IMG/VR virus record: IMGVR_UViG_3300045988_171958
Location: 32,001-96,000 of that record
Strand: one strand, 5' to 3'
DNA: 64,000 bases
Source of the DNA: a virus
The notes below the pieces were generated by a model. That model saw only the letters and a program-made list of their open reading frames with translations, searched no databases and had not been told where the DNA came from. Below, one piece after another: positions 17,723 through 25,505 of this stretch (position 1 is the first letter of the stretch; each line of letters starts with the position of its first letter). Both the position numbers and the translations under genes were made by a program.

Positions 17723-18038
17723 TATAACTAACTCTGATTTGAAACTTCTCAAATCATGCAGAGCAGAAATTACAAGAGGTGACCGGTCATTGGTCAACCT
17801 CTTGATTTCTAGAATGAATAATGCTATATTGATAGGAAGAATCAAGAAGAAAGCAGATGAACCTATTGTACAACCAGACAGATGGAATCATGTAATGAAA
17901 AATGTGCATAAGCAATTAGAAGGTTCAAGACTTAGTACTGAATATAAAGAAGAATTTGACTATCTTATTGATAGTATATTCAATATTATTCATGAAGTAT
18001 CATGTAAATTGCAAGAAAAGGATCATGACAATAGATAA
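17715..18038 (+). CDS. AroQ-class (type II) chorismate mutase
   Basis: LKSCRAEITRGDRSLVNLLISRMNNAILIGRIKKKADEPIVQPDRW aligns with the PheA CM domain ([30 protein letters not shown]..DIDRE), conserving the Arg11, Arg28, Lys39 and Arg51 equivalents; the Glu52 equivalent is Trp. The ATG overlaps the U32 stop region. Confidence 0.6.
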   Translation: MTNITNSDLKLLKSCRAEITRGDRSLVNLLISRMNNAILIGRIKKKADEPIVQPDRWNHVMKNVHKQLEGSRLSTEYKEEFDYLIDSIFNIIHEVSCKLQEKDHDNR

Positions 18039-19137
18039 GAAATTTGTAGACGACCACATGCAAGATAAGAATATCTTGTACATACCTATTATCTCTTCTA
18101 TAAATAGAGAGACAAACAAGTATAATTTGGATAGTGATGGAAATGTAGTACGTTTTATTACATTTTTTGAACATCATAAGAATTTCAATACTTTGACAAT
18201 ATTGCTTCCAAAGAATAATGAATCACATGATATCATTGACAGGTGGGTAAAAGACAATGATAATATTGAAATCATTTGGTCAGATAATTTTGGTAAGCAT
18301 GCTGGTGAACAAAGAAGTGATTCTGATGTTGTGAGTAAGATGGAGATGGAATTGTTTGAACTTATAAATAATCCAGATAATGATAATGATTTCAATATTG
18401 TAATGTTTGAAAGTCAATTTTTAGGAAATTTATTGGTTGACCCATATTGGTTTAAAGGATTTGAAAAGGTTTTCTGGTGTCCAGTTTGTAAGATTGATAA
18501 TGAGCATACAAGAAATTTCTTAGAGGGATATGATAATTTGAATAAGAAATTGTTTCAACTTTCGGATTGGTCAATTGTAGAAAGTCCAACACAACTCAAG
18601 AAATTCTCTTTACCAGAATGTTCAATATACCCTTATTATATGATGATGGATCGCAATCTGAAATATTTTGATTATATGACAGATTTTGGATTGAAAGATA
18701 CTATTAAAACAGTTAAGAATCTTGATACAGGTACTTATTCTATTTATTATATTCCTTATAGATTGACTGATGAAGGATATAAAGTAGATGATGTTATTTC
18801 ATATATTAATTATGACTATGCTGATGTGGTTGTTGTGTATTATACAGATCCAAACAATAGTGGAGCAATGGAAGATTTGAAGAAAAAATTCAATTCAAAT
18901 GTTGTTTTCATCAAATTATCAACAGATAGAAATACACATTTTACCATGTTGTCATCAGAAGATGTTGTTGTACCATACTTTGAAGATTTAGATTTCATCA
19001 ATCATGCAACTTTATGGGAAATGATGTCATCAAAATCAAGATGTCAATTTGGAATAACTAAGGAACAATATGATATGAATTCATATAATATGAAATCTTG
19101 TGATAGATGTTTCTATATTGATTTAAAGAATTTATAA
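18025..19137 (+). CDS. hypothetical protein (possible glycosyltransferase-like alpha/beta protein)
   Basis: 370-aa ORF from the internal ATG, overlapping the chorismate mutase stop by 14 nt (translational coupling). No motif recognised; the suggested function comes from context only. Confidence 0.35.
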   Translation: MTIDKKFVDDHMQDKNILYIPIISSINRETNKYNLDSDGNVVRFITFFEHHKNFNTLTILLPKNNESHDIIDRWVKDNDNIEIIWSDNFGKHAGEQRSDSDVVSKMEMELFELINNPDNDNDFNIVMFESQFLGNLLVDPYWFKGFEKVFWCPVCKIDNEHTRNFLEGYDNLNKKLFQLSDWSIVESPTQLKKFSLPECSIYPYYMMMDRNLKYFDYMTDFGLKDTIKTVKNLDTGTYSIYYIPYRLTDEGYKVDDVISYINYDYADVVVVYYTDPNNSGAMEDLKKKFNSNVVFIKLSTDRNTHFTMLSSEDVVVPYFEDLDFINHATLWEMMSSKSRCQFGITKEQYDMNSYNMKSCDRCFYIDLKNL

Positions 19138-19147
19138 ATGAAATAAA

Positions 19148-20371
19148 ATGAATCATGATAGTATTTTATTAAAAATCTTTTTTAATAAAGAGAATAAGAT
19201 AATTGGAGGAAAAGTAGCAAGGATAAAAAGAATATTCCCAAACATATTGTCTTATTTAAATAAAAGATATCCTGATTCATTTTCTTTAAAAGAAACTCTA
19301 ATTAGGATGAAATATCATATTGATGTTCATCCAAAATGCCCGGTTTGTGGAAATTTTACAAAGTTTTATGGGTTTAAAAATTTGATGTTTGCAAATCATT
19401 GTTCTAACAAATGTACTCAATTAGATAGTGAAACTAAAATAAAATTTAAACAAACTTGCTTTAAAAAATATGGGGTTGATGCTCCAATGAAATCTTCTAA
19501 AATAAAAGAAAAATCTAAACAAGTTTGTTTAGAAAAATATGGTGTGGAAAATATATCACAATTTTTTGAAACTAAAGAAAAATATAAACAAACTTGTTTA
19601 GAAAAATATAATGTTGATAATCCATTTAAATTAGAAAAAACGAAAATAAATTCACATTCAAAAGAAGCTAAAGAAAAGCAAAGAAAAACTTGTTTAGAAA
19701 AGTATGGAGTAGAAAATTCATTCCAATCAAAAGAAGTTAGACAAAAATATAAAGAAAATTATAAAAGAAAATATGGAGTAGAAAATCCATTTCAAAACGA
19801 AATAATAAAAGAAAAGATAAAACAAACTTGTTTAGAAAAATATGGTGTTGATAGAGCAATTAAAAGTGATTTGGTAAAAGAAAAATGTAAACAAACTTGC
19901 TTGGAAAAATATGGAAGTAGTTCACCAATGAAAAACCCATATATTGTAAATAAATCTATAAATAAGAGAATTCAAAACAATACTTGGTCTACTTCAAAAC
20001 CAGAAGAAGAATTGTATCTTTATATAAAAGAAAGATTTCCATCTGTAAAAAGACAGTATAAAGATAAAGAAAGATACCCATATTTTTGTGATTTCTACAT
20101 TCCTGAATTAGATTTGTTTTTAGAATTGAATGGGACTTGGACACATGGAAACCATCCTTATGATATGAATTCTAAAGAAGACAATTCTATATTAAATATA
20201 TGGAAAGAAAAATCTAAAGAACATCCTATGTATTTAAGTGCAATAAAAACATGGGTTGTAAGTGATGTAAATAAGAGAAATAAAGCAAAAGAAAATCATT
20301 TAAATTTTAAAGAAGTTTGGAATTTAGATGAAGGAAAAGAATTTATAAATAAATTAACTAGAAGAGAATAA
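19148..20371 (+). CDS. homing-endonuclease-like protein: Zn-ribbon, eight CLEKYGV repeats and a C-terminal PD-(D/E)XK (Vsr/DUF559-like) domain
   Basis: CPVCGN..HCSNKC at the N-terminus, then 8 copies of K-x-T-C-L-E-K-Y-G-V-x-N. The C-terminus ..YPYFCDFYIPELDLFLELNGTWTHG resembles the D..(E/D)xK nuclease core. Confidence 0.5.
   Translation: MNHDSILLKIFFNKENKIIGGKVARIKRIFPNILSYLNKRYPDSFSLKETLIRMKYHIDVHPKCPVCGNFTKFYGFKNLMFANHCSNKCTQLDSETKIKFKQTCFKKYGVDAPMKSSKIKEKSKQVCLEKYGVENISQFFETKEKYKQTCLEKYNVDNPFKLEKTKINSHSKEAKEKQRKTCLEKYGVENSFQSKEVRQKYKENYKRKYGVENPFQNEIIKEKIKQTCLEKYGVDRAIKSDLVKEKCKQTCLEKYGSSSPMKNPYIVNKSINKRIQNNTWSTSKPEEELYLYIKERFPSVKRQYKDKERYPYFCDFYIPELDLFLELNGTWTHGNHPYDMNSKEDNSILNIWKEKSKEHPMYLSAIKTWVVSDVNKRNKAKENHLNFKEVWNLDEGKEFINKLTRRE
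19441..19930 (+). repeat. in-frame tandem repeats (~90-99 nt units) encoding the CLEKYGV motif
   Basis: AAACAAACTTGTTTAGAAAAATATGGTGT-like strings recur about eight times at ~30-aa spacing. Confidence 0.7.
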
Positions 20372-20373
20372 AG

Positions 20374-21846
20374 ATGAATGTGATATTAGTAAGTGGTGGA
20401 TTACAGACTAGATTTAATGAACTTTCTTGTTTTCCTAAGATATTGTTGCCATCAAAAGATGGAACACCAATTTTGATTAAGCAATTAGATTATTTTGATG
20501 AAGCAAATACAGTAAGTATCGTTGTAAATCAAAAATTTGCAAAGATCATGAAAGCTTATATTGAAATCAATCATCTTAATGTTGATGTGATTGTATCTGA
20601 TAATACTAATGGTTCAGGCAATACTTTAGCTTCTGTATATGATTGGCTTCCAAAAAAGAATGTTTTGTTTTTCTGGTCAGATATTTTGTTTGATAATGAT
20701 GAATTCAAATTGGATAGAAAAATTGAAGATAAAGACAATTGTGTGATTTTTACTGTAAATGATGCAAAATATCGATATAAGATAGAAGATGGTAAGATTG
20801 TAAACAGATCATTTGCTTATGATGGAAATATCCCAGGTATCTTTTGGATCAAAGATATTTCAGAGGTTATTCCAACTAAACCATGTGATGAAAATAAAGA
20901 TTTGATTGATATCATTCAAGAAAAAGTGAATGATGGTATGATTACTTTTGTTGAGTCAAATATCAATACAAAGATTACTGAATATAAGTCATTATCAGAA
21001 TATAAGAAGATTATGTCAACTTCTTATCAGAAAGATTTAGTTTTACCTACTGATATGGAAGTTTCGTATACTGATAAAGAATCCATGCAATATGTAGCAA
21101 AAACAAATGAGCATTTGAATTATCAATATGACTGGATTTCTTTTTTATCTTATAATCCTGGAATTAGTGATTATGTTGTAGATATGCCAGTAAGTAAGAC
21201 AGAAGACGGATACGTTTGTGATATGCACAATCTTGAAGGATATACACATGCATCAAAGGTAAATCTTACTAATCTTTTAAACAATTTTGTAAGATATAAA
21301 GTAGATGTACCATTGTCAACATCTGTAAAATTTTTGTTAGAAGAATATAATGGTAAACCACTGAAGGGGATTTGTGATACATGCAGACTTTTTGAAAATA
21401 ACAGAACATTTGCAGAAGTTCAAACACTTATAGATAATGCATGTAATCTTCTTATAGATGGTTTAGCGAATGATGAATGGGTATTAACTCATGGAAACAT
21501 CAATTCTCATAATGTTCTTGTAAATATGACTGGTGATATCAAATTGTATAATCCAGTATCAAGAAGAAATGGATCTTTTTTCTGCCATCCAATTGTCGAC
21601 CAATCAGAAGCTTATATGGTAGAGATTGGATTAGATGAAGCTTTGAGAAAGGAAATGACATATAAAGTAGATGAACTTCCAAAGATAGAAGATTGTGATG
21701 TGTTTATTGAAACTGCTATCTATCTTCATTTACTTGGTATGCTTCCAATGTTTGCAAAAGATATTATGAAATTGAATATTGTATTGGAGTATGCTATTTC
21801 AGGATTGTCTAACATAATTAATGAATGTATTGATGGAAACAAGTAA
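20374..21846 (+). CDS. bifunctional sugar-phosphate nucleotidyltransferase / APH-like kinase
   Basis: N-terminal MNVILVSGGLQTRF..PKILLP matches the (L)AGGxGTRL..PK signature. C-terminal LTHGNINSHNVLVNMTGDIKLYNP matches the HxDxxxxN-type kinase loop. Confidence 0.65.
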   Translation: MNVILVSGGLQTRFNELSCFPKILLPSKDGTPILIKQLDYFDEANTVSIVVNQKFAKIMKAYIEINHLNVDVIVSDNTNGSGNTLASVYDWLPKKNVLFFWSDILFDNDEFKLDRKIEDKDNCVIFTVNDAKYRYKIEDGKIVNRSFAYDGNIPGIFWIKDISEVIPTKPCDENKDLIDIIQEKVNDGMITFVESNINTKITEYKSLSEYKKIMSTSYQKDLVLPTDMEVSYTDKESMQYVAKTNEHLNYQYDWISFLSYNPGISDYVVDMPVSKTEDGYVCDMHNLEGYTHASKVNLTNLLNNFVRYKVDVPLSTSVKFLLEEYNGKPLKGICDTCRLFENNRTFAEVQTLIDNACNLLIDGLANDEWVLTHGNINSHNVLVNMTGDIKLYNPVSRRNGSFFCHPIVDQSEAYMVEIGLDEALRKEMTYKVDELPKIEDCDVFIETAIYLHLLGMLPMFAKDIMKLNIVLEYAISGLSNIINECIDGNK

Positions 21847-21931
21847 GTTTAAGACATCAAGAAGAGTATTGAGAGAAGGTTTGACTTGGGCTGATTATTT
21901 TAAGTCCAAGCATACCTTAGAATATATCAAT

Positions 21932-22414
21932 ATGAAGAAAATCATAATTTCTGACTGTGATGGTATCTTGACTGATGGAAATATGACTTATGATGACAAC
22001 AGAAAACGATTTAAAACCTATGGTTGCCATGATAAGGAATTATTCAATATTGCTAAAGACCTTGGATGGGAATTCTTATTTGTAACAGATGATAGGACTG
22101 GATGTGATATTACAGACAGAAGAATAAGTAATTCTTTCATGTTACATGTTACAGAAGCTGATCCAAATGAAAGAGAAAAATTAGTTAAGAAATATAGGGA
22201 TAATGGATACATTGTTGCTTTTATTGGAGATAGTCCAAGTGATGTATCAGCTGCTGTAGCGGCAAATATATGTGCTACTACAGATAATTGCTTTGAATAT
22301 ATAAAACCATTTTTTCATTATGTTTCTAAATATCAAGGTGGACACGGAGGATTTGCTGATATATTATATCAACTAATGCTAATGGATAAAGATGATCTTG
22401 AAATCTATAAGTAA
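21932..22414 (+). CDS. HAD-IIIA phosphatase, KdsC-like
   Basis: MKKIIISDCDGILTDG matches the KdsC DxDGVLTDG motif I, and FIGDSPSDVSA matches motif IV (GDxxxD). The internal ATG was chosen because it sits 6 aa before motif I, as in KdsC. Confidence 0.7.
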   Translation: MKKIIISDCDGILTDGNMTYDDNRKRFKTYGCHDKELFNIAKDLGWEFLFVTDDRTGCDITDRRISNSFMLHVTEADPNEREKLVKKYRDNGYIVAFIGDSPSDVSAAVAANICATTDNCFEYIKPFFHYVSKYQGGHGGFADILYQLMLMDKDDLEIYK

Positions 22415-22425
22415 ATCATAAAATC

Positions 22426-22468
22426 AATACTGTATTTTTAATTTAGAAATAAATTTAAATACAGTATT
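22426..22468 (+). terminator. 12-bp hairpin directly before the next ATG
   Basis: AATACTGTATTT (22426-22437) / AAATACAGTATT (22457-22468), followed by TT and the ATG at 22471. Confidence 0.5.
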
Positions 22469-22470
22469 TT

Positions 22471-23700
22471 ATGATTAAACATATAGAAGAACCTAGTGGA
22501 AAGGGAAGAATAGCATGCATATCTTTACCAGTAAGACATATACTAGTGAATAGAGACAATATCACCATGTATAATGTATATCATTATTGGAAGTATTTGA
22601 CAGAATTTTTGAAATATGATAAAGTATATATATTGACAACATCGTTGTCTAATTCTGGTGAAAAATATAATAACATATTGAAAGATTGCCCATTGATATA
22701 TGGAATTGAAAAGAAAGACTTGTTATTAGATTATCATATAAATGACATGTGGATTGTTCCAGCTCAGACAAATATATTTGGTGGAATGGCTATTATGACC
22801 TTTCCATTTTGTATGAATAGAATATATGAATGGTGGAAATCAAAATCTGCATCAGATAAGATGATATTCATTAATGATGATCCAGAAGTATGTAAGCTTT
22901 GGTTTTTCCGATATCATACTAATCGTTATGCTATTAAGAAAGATGCAAGGATAGTGTGGAAACAAGGAATAAATCAAGATAATTGGAATACAGAAATTGA
23001 TTTGTTAGAATCAAGATATGATGATATATGCAATATGGAAAATGATTTTGATTTGGCATTTTGTGGATTAGATTATGATAAATATGTTAAAGAGTATGGG
23101 ATAAAGGTCTTGCCAAAATCTTGGTTTAATTTCAATGTTTACTATTACATTACATTAAATGATGATTTAGATTTGAGAATGAGAAATTATGACTTTAATG
23201 ATAAGAAATATTCTGCTTGCTATTATGGATATATTAAAGATTTAGATAGAATAGCTAGAACAGAAGAATTTTACAGTAAAGTTGATAAGCCATTTTTAGT
23301 AATTAAAGGAGGTAGTAAGAATTTCTTTAAACATGTAGATTTTGACCATGATATAGATCTTGTAAAAAATATGCCTTATTCAGATTTGCTAAAATTTGTT
23401 CCATCAAATGCTAAGTCTTCATTAATAACACATAACAAATGTATATTGGGTAATCAAGTATCACCAAGATGGTTTGATTTGATGCTTATGGATATTGTAT
23501 GTTTTGTTGACGAAGCTTTTGATCCAAACCATGAATTGTGTGATGATTGGCTTTATGAACATACATATTGTAAGAATGGACAAGATTATGCAGACAAGCT
23601 TAAGAAAATAGAAAACAACGAACCATTATATAGAGAGATTGTTCAAAGACAACGTAAGTTTGTATTTGAAAAGTATGAAAAATATCTCCCGAAATTCTAA
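22471..23700 (+). CDS. T4 beta-glucosyltransferase-like DNA glycosyltransferase (putative)
   Basis: ..SSLITHNKCILGNQVSPRWFDLMLMDIVCFVDEAFDPNHEL.. resembles, from memory, T4 BGT ..ALIIGDKNYNDNFITLRVWETMASDAVMLIDEEFDTKHRI... The preceding YSACYYGYIKD..R segment resembles VIYGGSFRSGQR. Confidence 0.5.
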   Translation: MIKHIEEPSGKGRIACISLPVRHILVNRDNITMYNVYHYWKYLTEFLKYDKVYILTTSLSNSGEKYNNILKDCPLIYGIEKKDLLLDYHINDMWIVPAQTNIFGGMAIMTFPFCMNRIYEWWKSKSASDKMIFINDDPEVCKLWFFRYHTNRYAIKKDARIVWKQGINQDNWNTEIDLLESRYDDICNMENDFDLAFCGLDYDKYVKEYGIKVLPKSWFNFNVYYYITLNDDLDLRMRNYDFNDKKYSACYYGYIKDLDRIARTEEFYSKVDKPFLVIKGGSKNFFKHVDFDHDIDLVKNMPYSDLLKFVPSNAKSSLITHNKCILGNQVSPRWFDLMLMDIVCFVDEAFDPNHELCDDWLYEHTYCKNGQDYADKLKKIENNEPLYREIVQRQRKFVFEKYEKYLPKF

Positions 23701-23823
23701 TTTATATATAAAGTATATTAAATTGATTAATATGAAATGGGTAGAAAATAAAACACAGATTCCTATTTATGGATATCAAATATCTACAGATGGTAAGAAG
23801 TATATTTATGTTTGTAAATAAAA

Positions 23824-24426
23824 ATGGAAAAAATTCGGATCATAGTTCTTGAAGGTTGTGATAGAACCGGTAAAGGAACATTATTGGAAAATTTAAAGAA
23901 TAGATTTGATGATTTTTTAGTATATAATCCAGTATCAGCAGAGAAGGAAAAGGTAGATTATAAAAATCCACAGAAATTTGAAGAGTGGATTAAGAAAACA
24001 ATTCGTAAAGTACTTGATGACTTATATACTATGTCAAAGTTGAATGGTACTGATAGACCTATTGTAATGGATCGTCTTTTACTTACAGATAACGTATTTG
24101 CAGATTTATTTGATCGTAAACATGTAGTGGAAAAGTATTTTGGTAGAGAAATTGAAGCAAACTTCAAATTGACTAATTACATTATGCTTTGGAGAAATCC
24201 AGAAGAGTATAAAGATCGAGTAAATTTGTTGAAAGAAAATCAAGATTTTACAGAAAAAGAAATTGATGATATTCTAAGTTTATTCAATGAATATAAGAAA
24301 TCAAATGATATAGTAAAGTTGATTGACAATACAGATACACCAGAAGATATATTAGATGATTTTGTATCAACATTTATTGAAGAAACCCCTAAATGGAAAT
24401 TAGAACATGATAGTACAACACACTAA
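23824..24426 (+). CDS. thymidylate-kinase-like (d)NMP kinase
   Basis: P-loop IIVLEGCDRTGKGTLLENL (compare IxxEGxDGxGKsT) and a downstream MDRLLLTD (DR motif). 200 aa. Confidence 0.6.
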   Translation: MEKIRIIVLEGCDRTGKGTLLENLKNRFDDFLVYNPVSAEKEKVDYKNPQKFEEWIKKTIRKVLDDLYTMSKLNGTDRPIVMDRLLLTDNVFADLFDRKHVVEKYFGREIEANFKLTNYIMLWRNPEEYKDRVNLLKENQDFTEKEIDDILSLFNEYKKSNDIVKLIDNTDTPEDILDDFVSTFIEETPKWKLEHDSTTH

Positions 24427-25009
24427 AACATTGAATTATACAAAACCTACAGATTTGTTCAATTATATTATAGATACATATAAGGATGAACAGTATATGA
24501 AAGATTATGTTCTTAGTGCATCTAGAACAGAAATTTTAGAAGATTATACAAGTAGGAAGAAGGTAATGGTAACTGATGTTTTACCGTTAGGTGAAAAGGA
24601 CTATGATAAAGATGCATTAGATTTTGCTACACAACTTGGATGGGAATTTACATTATATTCAGATAATAGTATATGCCCATTATATGATGAACAGGATTGG
24701 TTAGCAAGTTGGAATTGCTACCATTATGATGATGTAGAAAAAATATGTACTTATATTCGTTCAAAGAGAAATAATGGATATACAACAGCATTCATTGGAT
24801 ATAAGATGGAAGATGTATTTGCAATGTTTGAAGCAAATTATAGTGGTACTTGTGTTGATGCATTACAATATACAAAGCAATATTGTGATTTTGTATCTGA
24901 TAGGACATTCAATTCATTTGCCTTTGCTGAATTGTTAGTACATATAGTAAAACAAGATGTGAAGAAATTCTTAAGAGAAAATTTCCAAAAATATTTTATT
25001 AAAAAGTGA
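24407..25009 (+). CDS. degenerate KdsC-like HAD paralogue (probable pseudoenzyme)
   Basis: QLGWEFTLYSDN and RNNGYTTAFIGYKMEDVFA align with DLGWEFLFVTDD and RDNGYIVAFIGDSPSDVSA of 21932-22414. Motif I is VTDVLPLGE (no DxD) and the motif IV aspartates are lost. Confidence 0.55.
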   Translation: MIVQHTKTLNYTKPTDLFNYIIDTYKDEQYMKDYVLSASRTEILEDYTSRKKVMVTDVLPLGEKDYDKDALDFATQLGWEFTLYSDNSICPLYDEQDWLASWNCYHYDDVEKICTYIRSKRNNGYTTAFIGYKMEDVFAMFEANYSGTCVDALQYTKQYCDFVSDRTFNSFAFAELLVHIVKQDVKKFLRENFQKYFIKK

Positions 25010-25015
25010 AAAATA

Positions 25016-25044
25016 TTTGAAATATTCTTGAATAATTCTATATT
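25016..25044 (+). promoter_or_regulatory. promoter (TTTGAAAT-N12-TTCTATATT)
   Basis: Exact consensus, followed by ATATATGTT. Confidence 0.6.
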
Positions 25045-25081
25045 ATATATGTTAATTTTAATTATTTAATTTAATTTAATT

Positions 25082-25450
25082 ATGATGACTACATTTGTTA
25101 AGAAATATAATTTTGCTAAGTTCATTAACTTCATTAGATCAATTGATGGAGATTTCAATAATGCTTCTATTGAATATATTACTGATGCAATATATGATGA
25201 TACATACGATAATAATGAAGATGAACTTGTCAATTCTGACAAGTCTGGTATCATAGATGTATTAGATATCATTAAGACAGCAATGACAAAGAAAAGAGCT
25301 AAGAACATTACTGTTACTATTGCTGATGATGAATATATTGATGATGTAATTAATGTTTGGATGAAACTTGACAATAATCCTACTTATGTTTTGTCATTAT
25401 GTAAAGGAATTTATGAAGAAAAGATAAATGAATGGTTAGAGCTTAATTAA
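25082..25450 (+). CDS. acidic hypothetical protein
   Basis: 122-aa ORF downstream of a consensus promoter. The antisense ORF 25066-25374 is Ser/Ile low-complexity. Confidence 0.6.
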   Translation: MMTTFVKKYNFAKFINFIRSIDGDFNNASIEYITDAIYDDTYDNNEDELVNSDKSGIIDVLDIIKTAMTKKRAKNITVTIADDEYIDDVINVWMKLDNNPTYVLSLCKGIYEEKINEWLELN

Positions 25451-25505
25451 GTTCTGCCATTTCTAATTGATGTTTAATAATTTAAAAAGTAAAATTAAAA
25501 GAAAA

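Noticed and set aside
23639-23821. 60-aa ORF bridging 22471-23700 and 23824-24426, including a possible 29-aa micro-ORF from the ATG at 23732
   Set aside because: Its first third overlaps the end of the transferase-like gene. The remainder is too short and featureless to support, and it is left unannotated.
25066-25374. Minus-strand 102-aa ORF opposite 25082-25450
   Set aside because: It is Ser/Ile-rich and low-complexity with no upstream signal, whereas the plus-strand ORF follows an exact consensus promoter.
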